Virus record (IMG/VR): IMGVR_UViG_3300020437_000004 | Coordinates: 60,854 to 124,853 of that record | Direction: 5' to 3' (one strand) | DNA length: 64,000 nt | Source: a virus | Shown here: one piece after another, positions 8,334 to 16,620 of the stretch | Layout: each line of letters starts with the position of its first letter | How positions within the stretch are numbered: the stretch's first letter is position 1 | Position numbers and translations under genes: made by a program | Notes under the pieces: model-generated | Told to the model about the DNA's origin: nothing | Database searches by the model: none | Seen by the model: the letters and a program-made list of their open reading frames with translations, nothing else

Positions 8334-8817
8334 CTATTCTATAACTAAAAATTGCTCTAGGAGATTTGGGGGATGCCTCATGATACATCCCTTTAGGTAT
8401 GTATAGTGCATCGCCAGGATTGATTGTGACGATATCCGCCATGCATGTTTCACATGCGTTAGTATCAAATCGATAGGATGTCCTACCCTTGACACCAATG
8501 ATAAGGACATTCTCCTGATCATTATGCCTGCCGAATGTATCAGCAGGTGCAAAGTATGAGACATAGACATCCATGTTTTGACACTCGTGTCCTGCCCACT
8601 CTTCAAACTCTCTCCTTGCCATAGTAAAAGAAGGAGGAGCAGCACTCCCCCTTCGCCATTTTGACATATAAGAAGGCGGTCCTCCATCACTAATACAATG
8701 ACAAAAACCTGTAGGGTCGTTAAGAGTTGCATTTACATACATCAACACTGCATCCCAAGGCACTGCAACATGCTTAGGGAAGATGTCTCTGTATACAATG
8801 TATCTCTCGTCATCCAT
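8320..8817 (-). CDS. Cupin/JmjC-type oxygenase
   Basis: FGRHNDQENV (HxD) and PGDALYIPKGMYHEA. Confidence 0.8.
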   Translation of the reverse strand: MDDERYIVYRDIFPKHVAVPWDAVLMYVNATLNDPTGFCHCISDGGPPSYMSKWRRGSAAPPSFTMARREFEEWAGHECQNMDVYVSYFAPADTFGRHNDQENVLIIGVKGRTSYRFDTNACETCMADIVTINPGDALYIPKGMYHEASPKSPRAIFSYRIDARS

Positions 8818-9022
8818 AAACTAAATCATCACTAAGGTGGTCAATTAAAATCGCATAATCTTCTTCAACATCAATACCCCAGAAATGGACGTGGCGTTTG
8901 TCGGCATAAAATCGACATAATGCTTGGAAGAGAGATGGATACTCGGTATCCAATTCCACTTCACCATTGACTGCTGACCTGAGAATGGACAAGCAATCGG
9001 CAAAACGCTTTTCTACAGTCAT
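8810..9022 (-). CDS. Hypothetical protein
   Basis: Start moved to MTVEKRF because the track start lies inside the tRNA. Confidence 0.6.
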   Translation of the reverse strand: MTVEKRFADCLSILRSAVNGEVELDTEYPSLFQALCRFYADKRHVHFWGIDVEEDYAILIDHLSDDLVYG

Positions 9023-9064
9023 AAGTAGACTCCTATTCTGTTGTGGCAATGGGGTTACCCCCAA

Positions 9065-9137
9065 CGACTCAGGTTGGATTCGAACCAACGACCGACTGTT
9101 TAGAAGACAGTTGCTCTATCCACTGAGCTACTGAATC
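9065..9137 (-). tRNA. tRNA-Arg(UCU), CCA not encoded
   Basis: Cloverleaf GATTCAG / GCTC-GAGC / ACTGT-CT TCT AA-ACAGT / GTTGG TTCGAAT CCAAC / CTGAGTC. Confidence 0.95.
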
Positions 9138-9768
9138 AATAGGTGAGGAAATGTACCTCAGTAAACCGTGGTCTGTCTATGAATGTATTACCTACCAGTC
9201 TCATGGAATGATAGATGTCTCCATTGAAAAAGACAGCACAGTTATATCGATCTAGTATACAGTGGGTCTCATCTGCATCATTACACCATGGGTTGAAGTG
9301 CTCACCTCCTCCGTTGTAGTCAAAGGAATTGTAGAAAGATGTGCCTGGTCCATAATCGTTACACTTGTTGAGATAAACTAGTCCGTTGATGCAGTGGGGG
9401 TCAGTATGGGGAAACCAATGACCCTTTGGTAAGGAGTTTAGCATGGTCATATTAAACATGCAACCTCCTTGGAAGTATGTATTCTGGTGGATGCCTAGTA
9501 AGGAGGAGGCTTCCCTGTGTATGTCAAACCATTGTCGATCATATGCTTCTGTAATTGCTTGTCTACCATCAAAAAACTCAACACCATTTGCTGCCTGAGG
9601 ATCTTGTGGTTTGTGTGAAATAATAGGACAGTTTTGTAGATACTCTACCACTCTGTCTGGGTTTTTATATACGTTATCAACGTAGACAATCGGTCTTCCG
9701 TTTACGTCTTCCTTGGTAAATGTTAAGTTTGAATTTAATTGAAAGTCATCGCCTGTAAAAAACTTCAT
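9136..9768 (-). CDS. Putative 2OG-Fe(II) oxygenase (DUF6445-like)
   Basis: FPHTD...GLVYLN..GTSFY...YHS...PRFT. Confidence 0.75.
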   Translation of the reverse strand: MKFFTGDDFQLNSNLTFTKEDVNGRPIVYVDNVYKNPDRVVEYLQNCPIISHKPQDPQAANGVEFFDGRQAITEAYDRQWFDIHREASSLLGIHQNTYFQGGCMFNMTMLNSLPKGHWFPHTDPHCINGLVYLNKCNDYGPGTSFYNSFDYNGGGEHFNPWCNDADETHCILDRYNCAVFFNGDIYHSMRLVGNTFIDRPRFTEVHFLTY

Positions 9769-10337
9769 ATTACTTTTTTGGTTTTGTCTACATGTCCTTT
9801 AATATTAAATGATATGATTGTGCGTTTAACTGGTGATCTATTCGGTGGTGCTTCATGGTGCAGTGCAGCAGGAAAGAACACAATAGACCCTTCCTTGACT
9901 GGTGGCACATAGGACATTAAGTTGCCATCGATGAAGTCGTGGAAGGGTGAATAGAAAGTAGTAGGGTGATGAATGTTTTCATCGAAGTCATAGTATAGCA
10001 CACATGACCATCCATACATGCCATGATTGTGGACACGATGTTTGTGTGATGCAAATTGAGACTCAAACCACATTGATGAGATCTCCATCATGTGATTGCG
10101 ACCAAGGCAACCACTTTTTTTGAATTTATTTATCGGTAATGCTGCTGCATCAAACACTTGGTCAGCATATGGTGGCAAGATACCCTGCTGATCCCACTCA
10201 AAGAAATCAGTATAGACTTCCACACCCTGATCCAGATGTTTATCTGTAGGGTCTGGTAATTTAATGGTATCTTTCTTCTCCGCCCAGTCTTCAATCTCGT
10301 ATGTGCAGATCGGGACTCGGAATGGGAATTCCATCAT
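9765..10337 (-). CDS. Putative 2OG-Fe(II) oxygenase (TIGR02466-like)
   Basis: HRVHNH..WSCVLYY...EGSIVFFPAALHHE...RTIISFN. Confidence 0.82.
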   Translation of the reverse strand: MMEFPFRVPICTYEIEDWAEKKDTIKLPDPTDKHLDQGVEVYTDFFEWDQQGILPPYADQVFDAAALPINKFKKSGCLGRNHMMEISSMWFESQFASHKHRVHNHGMYGWSCVLYYDFDENIHHPTTFYSPFHDFIDGNLMSYVPPVKEGSIVFFPAALHHEAPPNRSPVKRTIISFNIKGHVDKTKKVI

Positions 10338-10462
10338 GCTTCTTCAAGCTCTCGGATCTGCTTTGCTACCGTCTCTGCCTCTTCGGTCTTGCCTTCCTCA
10401 ATAAGGTAGTGCAATTTATCGATAAGATACTCAACTGAGTCTACGAATTCGATGGGAGCCAT
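10334..10462 (-). CDS. Small helical hypothetical protein (42 aa)
   Basis: Hand-translated MAPIEFVDSVEYLIDKLHYLIEEGKTEEAETVAKQIRELEEA; ATGA overlap with the next gene. Confidence 0.55.
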   Translation of the reverse strand: MAPIEFVDSVEYLIDKLHYLIEEGKTEEAETVAKQIRELEEA

Positions 10463-10510
10463 GATTTGGTAGTGTAACTCTCGTAAGTATATATGGTCTC
10501 TGTCCATCTG

Positions 10511-10843
10511 TCAAGGATTGTAATGCTTAATAAACCATTCGGCATCCAACACCACTAGTGCCTTCTTCCGATTTTTCTTCATAAAAAGAGCAGGTGTATG
10601 GTCACCTGCGTTTGCACACGCTTGATCGTATGCATCGTAAACGTTAAGTTTCTCTACATTTTTACATTCAATAGAGAAAGGAAACTTTTCTCTTGCTGCT
10701 CTTGCCATGATAAGATCTTCGCCACCTGCACCCATACTACGAGACTCAATGTCCTCAGGGTGGACGTCACGATGCTCAATGAGCATTTCTCTTACCCATT
10801 TCTGGAAGTTTCTTCCTTTAGCTTTAGCACTTTGCGGTTTCAA
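10511..10843 (-). CDS. PD-(D/E)XK nuclease, Holliday-junction-resolvase-like
   Basis: KAKGRNFQ...GEDL...SIECKN. Confidence 0.75.
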   Translation of the reverse strand: MKPQSAKAKGRNFQKWVREMLIEHRDVHPEDIESRSMGAGGEDLIMARAAREKFPFSIECKNVEKLNVYDAYDQACANAGDHTPALFMKKNRKKALVVLDAEWFIKHYNP

Positions 10844-11013
10844 TCTGCGTAACCATCATCATCTCCATTGTATCTATACGACATACCTTCCTTAACTAGT
10901 GGATCGGAGACTACAGGTCTGTATGCATCCACATCTTCTTTAATAGCATCTTCCAAACTCTCTGCGAGGAGTTTAAGATTGTGTGCAATGAGTTTTACCT
11001 TTTGATAATTCAT
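10840..11013 (-). CDS. Small conserved hypothetical protein (57 aa)
   Basis: Hand-translated MNYQKVKLIAHNLKLLAESLEDAIKED...; 4-nt overlaps at both ends. Confidence 0.65.
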   Translation of the reverse strand: MNYQKVKLIAHNLKLLAESLEDAIKEDVDAYRPVVSDPLVKEGMSYRYNGDDDGYAD

Positions 11014-11672
11014 GGTTTAAGATTTTCTTGTAGGGTTTGCCAGTCCTTGTCAAATTGCTCTAGACCTTTATCGGTCAAGACATGCTTATACATTTTGTTA
11101 AACACGGCAGGAGGGATCGTGCAGATATCTGCACCAACTCCAAAACATCTACCGACCTGATGCACATCCCTAATAGATGCTGCTAGGATTTGTGTCTTTA
11201 CAGAATGCCTAGAGTATACATCAGAGATTGCTCTGATCAACTCAACACCTGAGACAGAATTATCATTCAATCTACCAACGAAAGGTGACACATAAGTAGC
11301 ACCTGCTTTCGCAGCAAGAATTGCTTGTGAGACTGAGAAGCAAAGAGTAACGTTAGTGGAGATACCATCCTCCGACAACTCTTTACATGCTTTAAGACCC
11401 TCTGGTGTGAGGGGCAATTTAATAGTTACACTAGGATGTATATCAATATAATCGTCTGCCATGTCTAGCATTTCTTCTGCTGTAGATCCAACGACCTCTG
11501 CAGAAACAGATGCTGTCCATCCAAACATGTTACAAATCTCAAGGATAACATCCCTAGGATCTTTCCCTTCTTTCATCATCAGGGAAGGGTTGGTAGTTAC
11601 ACCATCAATCAATCCAGTTGCAACTGCATCATAAACTACTTCGGTATTGCTACTGTCCAAAAATAGTTTCAT
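11010..11672 (-). CDS. talC: Transaldolase, TalC/MipB family
   Basis: MKLFLDS, DGVTTNPSL, VTIKLP (Schiff-base Lys), TYVSPFVGR, ILAASIR. Confidence 0.96.
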   Translation of the reverse strand: MKLFLDSSNTEVVYDAVATGLIDGVTTNPSLMMKEGKDPRDVILEICNMFGWTASVSAEVVGSTAEEMLDMADDYIDIHPSVTIKLPLTPEGLKACKELSEDGISTNVTLCFSVSQAILAAKAGATYVSPFVGRLNDNSVSGVELIRAISDVYSRHSVKTQILAASIRDVHQVGRCFGVGADICTIPPAVFNKMYKHVLTDKGLEQFDKDWQTLQENLKP

Positions 11673-11711
11673 GACTCTCCTCATAGTTAAAGTTATTTAT
11701 TTTCGTGAAAA

Positions 11712-11886
11712 AAAGGAGGGAGGTTGGGTTACTGTATACCAACAAAGAACGGGCATTACTACAGAGTAAATACGTCCTTGCCTACGACCTACTTGGTTGA
11801 GTAGTTCTGCTATTCCTAGCAGCGAGCACCACCTCTGTCGTATCACCTTATCCAGCCATATGCCAGAAAGATTATTCAGTCACTCC
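11712..11886 (-). ncRNA. manA-like structured RNA upstream of talC
   Basis: Non-coding 175 nt (GUGACUGAAUAA..CUGGCAUAUGGCUGGAUAAGGUGAUACGACAGAGGUGGUGCUCGCUGC...GGCAAGGACGUAUUUACUCUGUAGUAAUGCCCGUUCUUUGUUGGUAUACAG..CCAACCUCCCUC) resembling the cyanophage manA motif as I recall it. Confidence 0.6.
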
Positions 11887-11911
11887 CAGTGTGCTGATCA
11901 GGCACAGATAT

Positions 11912-11950
11912 ATAATGGCATAAAAAAAGGAGGGTGTCAACCCCTCCTTA
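11912..11950 (-). terminator. Terminator hairpin that also contains a -35 box
   Basis: AAGGAGGGG-TTGACA-CCCTCC-T7; TTGACA-N17-CATTAT. Confidence 0.6.
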
Positions 11951-11970
11951 GAAATGTGTATGAATGATAA

Positions 11971-12156
11971 CTATTTTTCACCCTTTCTTGGATTCTTTAG
12001 ATACCAAGAAGGTGTGCCAAACACGTTTAGTGTAACCCATTTGGCATACGAAACACCTCTATAACACAGTAAAGCAAACACTTTATCTGGGTCATGTTTT
12101 TCTGGATCGTATTCTGGTAGACCGTAGTCCCATTCAATTTTAACTTTTAACCGCAT
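11971..12156 (-). CDS. Hypothetical protein with YRG motif (DUF4278-related)
   Basis: LLCYRGVSYAKW; probable start MRLKVK. Confidence 0.6.
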   Translation of the reverse strand: MRLKVKIEWDYGLPEYDPEKHDPDKVFALLCYRGVSYAKWVTLNVFGTPSWYLKNPRKGEK

Positions 12157-12262
12157 CGCTGCCACCCTTTAAAAAATGGAGGAAGCGAACTTCTTGGTAG
12201 ATGAAGTAGATGAATACAACAGATCCAATAGTTATCCAACTAACAGTCTGTAGTGCTTCCAT
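12140..12262 (-). CDS. 40-aa single-TM peptide
   Basis: Hand-translated MEALQTVSWITIGSVVFIYFIYQEVRFLHFLKGGSDAVKS. Confidence 0.5.
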   Translation of the reverse strand: MEALQTVSWITIGSVVFIYFIYQEVRFLHFLKGGSDAVKS

Positions 12263-12266
12263 CTTT

Positions 12267-12407
12267 CTACACCACTGCTAGTTTCTTTTCGACCTTAATA
12301 CCACGATACATAAGTTCATGGTTTCTTGCCTGTGCGGCTTCTGCTAGTACCTTTGCTTTGTACTGCTCAGCGTCATACTTGACGCCACGATATGTGATAG
12401 TAGTCAT
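12267..12407 (-). CDS. DUF4278 family 'downstream peptide' (IF17/GifB-related family)
   Basis: Hand-translated MTTITYRGVKYDAEQYKAKVLAEAAQARNHELMYRGIKVEKKLAVV; two YRG motifs, AGGAG ribosome-binding site. Confidence 0.85.
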   Translation of the reverse strand: MTTITYRGVKYDAEQYKAKVLAEAAQARNHELMYRGIKVEKKLAVV

Positions 12408-12466
12408 TTGTTTCTCCTAAAGTTGGTGAAGTTTCTCCTTTAACCCTTGCGGGTGATCCGAGTTCC

Positions 12467-12666
12467 CGTTCCTTTAGTCGTTTGCGTCCCAATCGCATGT
12501 GAGACCTACTGCCTCAGTCAGATGTGTCTTGTACAATTCCACGATCTCTGCCCTCTGTTGAGGTGTAAGATCGGGATGTCGGTCTGCACGGTCAAGCTTT
12601 TCAGCAATGTCCACACAAGTAATACCTGCTACAAGTATTCCGACTAGATGTATCATGGGATGAACG
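12467..12666 (-). ncRNA. Second glutamine-II aptamer, split by an ORF in the P2 loop
   Basis: CGUUCA-UCCCA (12666-12656) ... UGGGA-CGCA-AACGACUAAA-GGAACG (12491-12467). Confidence 0.6.
12474..12656 (-). CDS. 60-aa hypothetical protein ending in WDAND
   Basis: Track ORF; GGAG 10 nt upstream of the ATG; two Cys. Confidence 0.7.
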   Translation of the reverse strand: MIHLVGILVAGITCVDIAEKLDRADRHPDLTPQQRAEIVELYKTHLTEAVGLTCDWDAND

Positions 12667-12669
12667 CTC

Positions 12670-12707
12670 CGTTCCGCGACTTACTTGCGTCCCCTAAGGG
12701 ATGAACG
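12670..12707 (-). ncRNA. Glutamine-II (Downstream-peptide) riboswitch aptamer
   Basis: CGUUCA-UCCC UUAG GGGA-CGCA-AGUAAGUCGC-GGAACG; DUF4278 gene downstream; CTAAATA at 12736-12742. Confidence 0.8.
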
Positions 12708-12778
12708 ATACAGATATGTTATCATATCCACAACTATTTAGCAAACTTAGTCATTTAACTTAACGTTAACCTTAAGTT

Positions 12779-13141
12779 TTACGTCTTCTCTTCCCATGGG
12801 TCGGGGTATTCGGTAATATCCGATGCCTTTTCAGATGTGATTTCACCTGTTTCAAAAACTTCAAGTGGTCCTTTATACCAAAGCTCGGGTGGTGGCCATG
12901 AAGAGATGTACATGTCGTTGAGTCCTGCGACTTCTGATGGTTTTTCCACGATGATTGTGTTTTTCTTTTCTTCCTCATTCCATTGATCAACAATGTTTTC
13001 AATTTGTTGATCAACATCATGCATGGTCTTATCGACCTTAAATTCTAACCACCATTTTGCATACCAAGGTAGGCAAAAATTCAGAAGGATGAATCTAAAG
13101 ATACCCTTCTGTTTCTTAGACCAATCCTCAAACTGTTGCAC
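12779..13141 (-). CDS. Hypothetical protein
   Basis: Probable GTG start after the nrdB stop; the track start overlaps nrdB. Confidence 0.55.
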   Translation of the reverse strand: MQQFEDWSKKQKGIFRFILLNFCLPWYAKWWLEFKVDKTMHDVDQQIENIVDQWNEEEKKNTIIVEKPSEVAGLNDMYISSWPPPELWYKGPLEVFETGEITSEKASDITEYPDPWEEKT

Positions 13142-13175
13142 TTCAGTAGGGACACCGCCCCACCTGTGCGTAAAC

Positions 13176-14312
13176 TCAAAGTGAAAATCCTGCGAAGGTG
13201 TCTTTCCCAACATCTTGTTTGATGCCTCCCACAATGTATGATTCAATCTCAGTTTCCTGAGGAGCATTCTGTTGCCCTTTGCTATTTAGCCAGTGGTTTG
13301 TCCATGGGAGTGGGTTAGTGCTCAGTGGTTGATCGAATACTGGTGTCAATCCAATCGCTTTCATGCGACGGTTTGCAGTCCATTCAACATACTGAGTCAG
13401 TAGTCTTTCATTAAGACCAATGATGCTACCTTGTGAGAAGAGATAGGTTGCCCAATCTTTCTCCTCTTCTACAGCATCAACAAACATTTGTGTAATGTTT
13501 TCTCTTTCTTCGCGTGCAATCTCTTGCATCTCTGGATCATCACCTTGATCCCATCGTTTAAGGATCTTCTGTGTGATGTTTAGATGTTGTGATTCATCTC
13601 TTGCAATCAATGCAATGATCTTTGCTGACCCTTCCATGAGTTTCAACTCACCGAAAGCGAAAGAGCATGCAAATGAAACATAGAAACGAATACCTTCTAG
13701 GATGTTGACGTTAGCAACTGCCCTATAAAGTTTTCTCTTGAGGTCGTGCAATGTCCACTGTGAAGTAGGTGAGTCTCTCCAATCCTTCTTCCAGAAGTTG
13801 CTGTCTGCATACTGTCCTACTGCTTCAAGGAATTCATCGTATGCACTTGTGACAGACTTGGCACGAGCTAAAATCTTTTCGTCATCTAAAACTGTATCAA
13901 ATACCTCTGATGGATCTGAGTATACATTCTTGATGATGTGTGTATATGAGCGTGAATGAATTTGCTCCATGAAATTCCATACACCAATACATCCTTCCAA
14001 CTCAGGAAGACTACAGTAAGGTGCAAATGCCATGCCAGGACCTCTGCCCTGCACACTGTCAAGAAGGATTTGATACTTAAGGTTAGAAGTATAAATGTGC
14101 TTCTGTTGATCGTTTAGTGTTTTGTAATCTGAGCGATCCTTCTGTAGAGATACCTCCTCAGGTCTCCAAAAGAATCCTAGTTGTGATTGAGTTAGTCTCT
14201 CAAAGTCTGGATACTTATATTCATCATACCTCTGCATCCCTAGGGGTGCTCCAAAAAACATTGGTTGTTTAGTAGTGTCGGTCTTGTTGCTATTAAAAAC
14301 AGTTACGGACAT
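13176..14312 (-). CDS. nrdB: Ribonucleotide reductase class Ia beta subunit
   Basis: FFWRPEEV, LDSVQGR, EQIHSRSY, LEGIRFYVSF, RDESQH, PQETEIESY. Confidence 0.98.
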   Translation of the reverse strand: MSVTVFNSNKTDTTKQPMFFGAPLGMQRYDEYKYPDFERLTQSQLGFFWRPEEVSLQKDRSDYKTLNDQQKHIYTSNLKYQILLDSVQGRGPGMAFAPYCSLPELEGCIGVWNFMEQIHSRSYTHIIKNVYSDPSEVFDTVLDDEKILARAKSVTSAYDEFLEAVGQYADSNFWKKDWRDSPTSQWTLHDLKRKLYRAVANVNILEGIRFYVSFACSFAFGELKLMEGSAKIIALIARDESQHLNITQKILKRWDQGDDPEMQEIAREERENITQMFVDAVEEEKDWATYLFSQGSIIGLNERLLTQYVEWTANRRMKAIGLTPVFDQPLSTNPLPWTNHWLNSKGQQNAPQETEIESYIVGGIKQDVGKDTFAGFSL

Positions 14313-14331
14313 TCGATTATTAGGGATAGGG

Positions 14332-16620
14332 TTATACATTACAAGCGTCACAATCTGCCTCATCACCAGACAGAATTTCATTTACTAGGTCTTCTACTTT
14401 AGCAGAAGTATCGTCTTCATCTTTCTTATTATCGTATGTGTTTTGATAGTATGATGTTTTCCATCCATATTTGTATGTCGTAAGCAAGTCGTTTGCCATT
14501 ACTGACATAGGGACATCACTATTCGCATAATTTTGTGGATTGTATGACCAGTTACCACTGATCGCTTGGTCAAAGAACTTTTGCATGACCGCAACAACCT
14601 TGATATATCCCTCATTGGATGGCATATCCCACAAGAGAGTGTAGTTATTTTTTAGTGTGTTGTATTGCGGAACAATCTGCTTAAGAGGTCCTTTCTTCGA
14701 TTTCTTAATGGACAGGTAGTCGCGAGGTGGTTCGATTCCATTTGTTGCATTTGACACAACGGAACTGCTCTCCGATGGCATCTGTGCGGACAGAGTGCTG
14801 TGTCTGAGTCCGAACCTGAGGATGTCATCCCGTAAAGAATTCCAATCATGTTGATACTCTGGTGCGACGATGTTATCTACGTCCTTCTTATATGTATCGA
14901 TCGGAAGAATTCCATCATGATACTTTGTGACTGAGAAATTACCACAAGGTCCTCTCTCTTTTGACAGAGTATTTGATGCTCTCAACAGGTAGTATTGGAA
15001 TGACTCTGTAAGTTTATGGACAAGATCATATGCCTCTTGTGAGTCATAACTTGCACCATTCTTAGCAAGGTAATGTGCTAGTCCAATGTAACCAATACCT
15101 AGTGAGCGACGTGCGATAGTAGAATCTTCTGCTGCCTTAACAGGATACTCTTGATAGTCAATCAACTCCTCAAGACCACGGACTGCAAGGTCACATAGAT
15201 TCTCCAACTCCTCTACTCTATTGATCTTACCTACGTTGATAGCAGACAAGATACACAATGCAATCTCACCCTGTCCTTGGATAGATTGAATAGGATCTGT
15301 AGGTAGAGTGATCTCTTGACACAAGTTACTCATATTCACTTTGTCTTTGAAAGATGAATGAGAGTTACAGTGATCGATATTCATAATGTAAATACGACCT
15401 GTCTCTGATCTCTCTTTCAATAGAGAAAGAATTATCTCCTGTGCGGAGACAACAGTCTTAGGGATGGTTTCGTCGGATTCGTATCTGGTGTAAAGATCGT
15501 CAAAGCTATCAGTGCCAAAGGCATCATAAAGACCAGGCACGTCATGAGGACTGAATAGACTGATCGTTGCATCTTGAATAAACCTCTTATAAAATAACTC
15601 AGAAATTTGAATGCTGTAGTCTAGTTTACGGACACGATTATCCTCTGTCCCTTTATTATTTTTTAAGACAAGGATGTCTTCTATTTCTTGGTGCCAAATG
15701 GGGAAGTGGACAGTCGCTGATCCACCACGGATGCCATTTTGAGTGCAACATCTGACAGTGCTTTCAAACTTTTTGAGGAACGGGACAACACCTGTGTGCT
15801 GCACTTCACCCCCACGGATTTTGCTGTTGATGCCACGGATTCTGCCTGCGTTAATCCCGATTCCAGCCCTTTGAGCAACGTAGTAACCAATAGCCATGTC
15901 ACTGCTAAAGATGCTATCGAGGGTGTCATCAATATCAACAAGAACACAGCTAGCAAATTGCCTAAGGGGAGTCCGCACACCTCCCATGATAGGGGTGGGG
16001 ATGTTGATTTTGTGCCTTGAGATTGCGTCGTAGTATTTTTTGACATAGGTTAGTCTGCTATCAAGAGGATAGCGTTGAAAAAGTGTAGCAGCGATCATGA
16101 TATACATCTGCTGTGGTGTTTCATACACCTCACCAGAGGATCGATCTTGTACGAGATATTTATCAACTACTTGTCGAATACCTGCATATGTGAACAAATA
16201 GTCTCGATCATAGTCAACCATGTTGTTGATTTCGCTCCACTCCTCTTCGCTATAAGCGTCTAGAAGGGCAGGGTCATACAGTCCATGATCAATACAGTCT
16301 TTGATGTGCTGATACAAATGTGGATGTGAGTCTGGATGGTTGTCATAGACTGCTTTCCTAAGAGAAAACAGGAGCAAACGTGCTGCGACAAACTGATAGT
16401 TTGGTGCGTCCAGAGAAATCAAATCGTTTGCAGACTTGATAAGAATCTCTTGGATGTCATTAGTTTTGATGCCGTCAAAAAATTGAATGTTAGCATTCAT
16501 TTCGATGGCAGACTCGGAGACTCCTCCGATGCCTTCACATGCCATCTCGACCATCTTATGAATTTTTTCTAAGTTAAGTGACTCAACACTGCCATTACGC
16601 TTGACGACGTTGGTGCTCAT
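14332..16620 (-). CDS. nrdA: Ribonucleotide reductase class Ia alpha subunit
   Basis: ATP cone, QFASCVL, SNLCQEI, ALCILSA, TSYYQNT, C-terminal CDAC. Confidence 0.98.
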   Translation of the reverse strand: MSTNVVKRNGSVESLNLEKIHKMVEMACEGIGGVSESAIEMNANIQFFDGIKTNDIQEILIKSANDLISLDAPNYQFVAARLLLFSLRKAVYDNHPDSHPHLYQHIKDCIDHGLYDPALLDAYSEEEWSEINNMVDYDRDYLFTYAGIRQVVDKYLVQDRSSGEVYETPQQMYIMIAATLFQRYPLDSRLTYVKKYYDAISRHKINIPTPIMGGVRTPLRQFASCVLVDIDDTLDSIFSSDMAIGYYVAQRAGIGINAGRIRGINSKIRGGEVQHTGVVPFLKKFESTVRCCTQNGIRGGSATVHFPIWHQEIEDILVLKNNKGTEDNRVRKLDYSIQISELFYKRFIQDATISLFSPHDVPGLYDAFGTDSFDDLYTRYESDETIPKTVVSAQEIILSLLKERSETGRIYIMNIDHCNSHSSFKDKVNMSNLCQEITLPTDPIQSIQGQGEIALCILSAINVGKINRVEELENLCDLAVRGLEELIDYQEYPVKAAEDSTIARRSLGIGYIGLAHYLAKNGASYDSQEAYDLVHKLTESFQYYLLRASNTLSKERGPCGNFSVTKYHDGILPIDTYKKDVDNIVAPEYQHDWNSLRDDILRFGLRHSTLSAQMPSESSSVVSNATNGIEPPRDYLSIKKSKKGPLKQIVPQYNTLKNNYTLLWDMPSNEGYIKVVAVMQKFFDQAISGNWSYNPQNYANSDVPMSVMANDLLTTYKYGWKTSYYQNTYDNKKDEDDTSAKVEDLVNEILSGDEADCDACNV

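Noticed and set aside
9023-9088. Track start MVRIQPES for ORF 8810-9088
   Set aside because: It lies inside the tRNA-Arg gene; a downstream ATG with GGAG is more plausible.
13142-13267. N-terminal part of ORF 12779-13267 overlapping nrdB
   Set aside because: Probably an open alternate frame; a GTG after the nrdB stop suffices.
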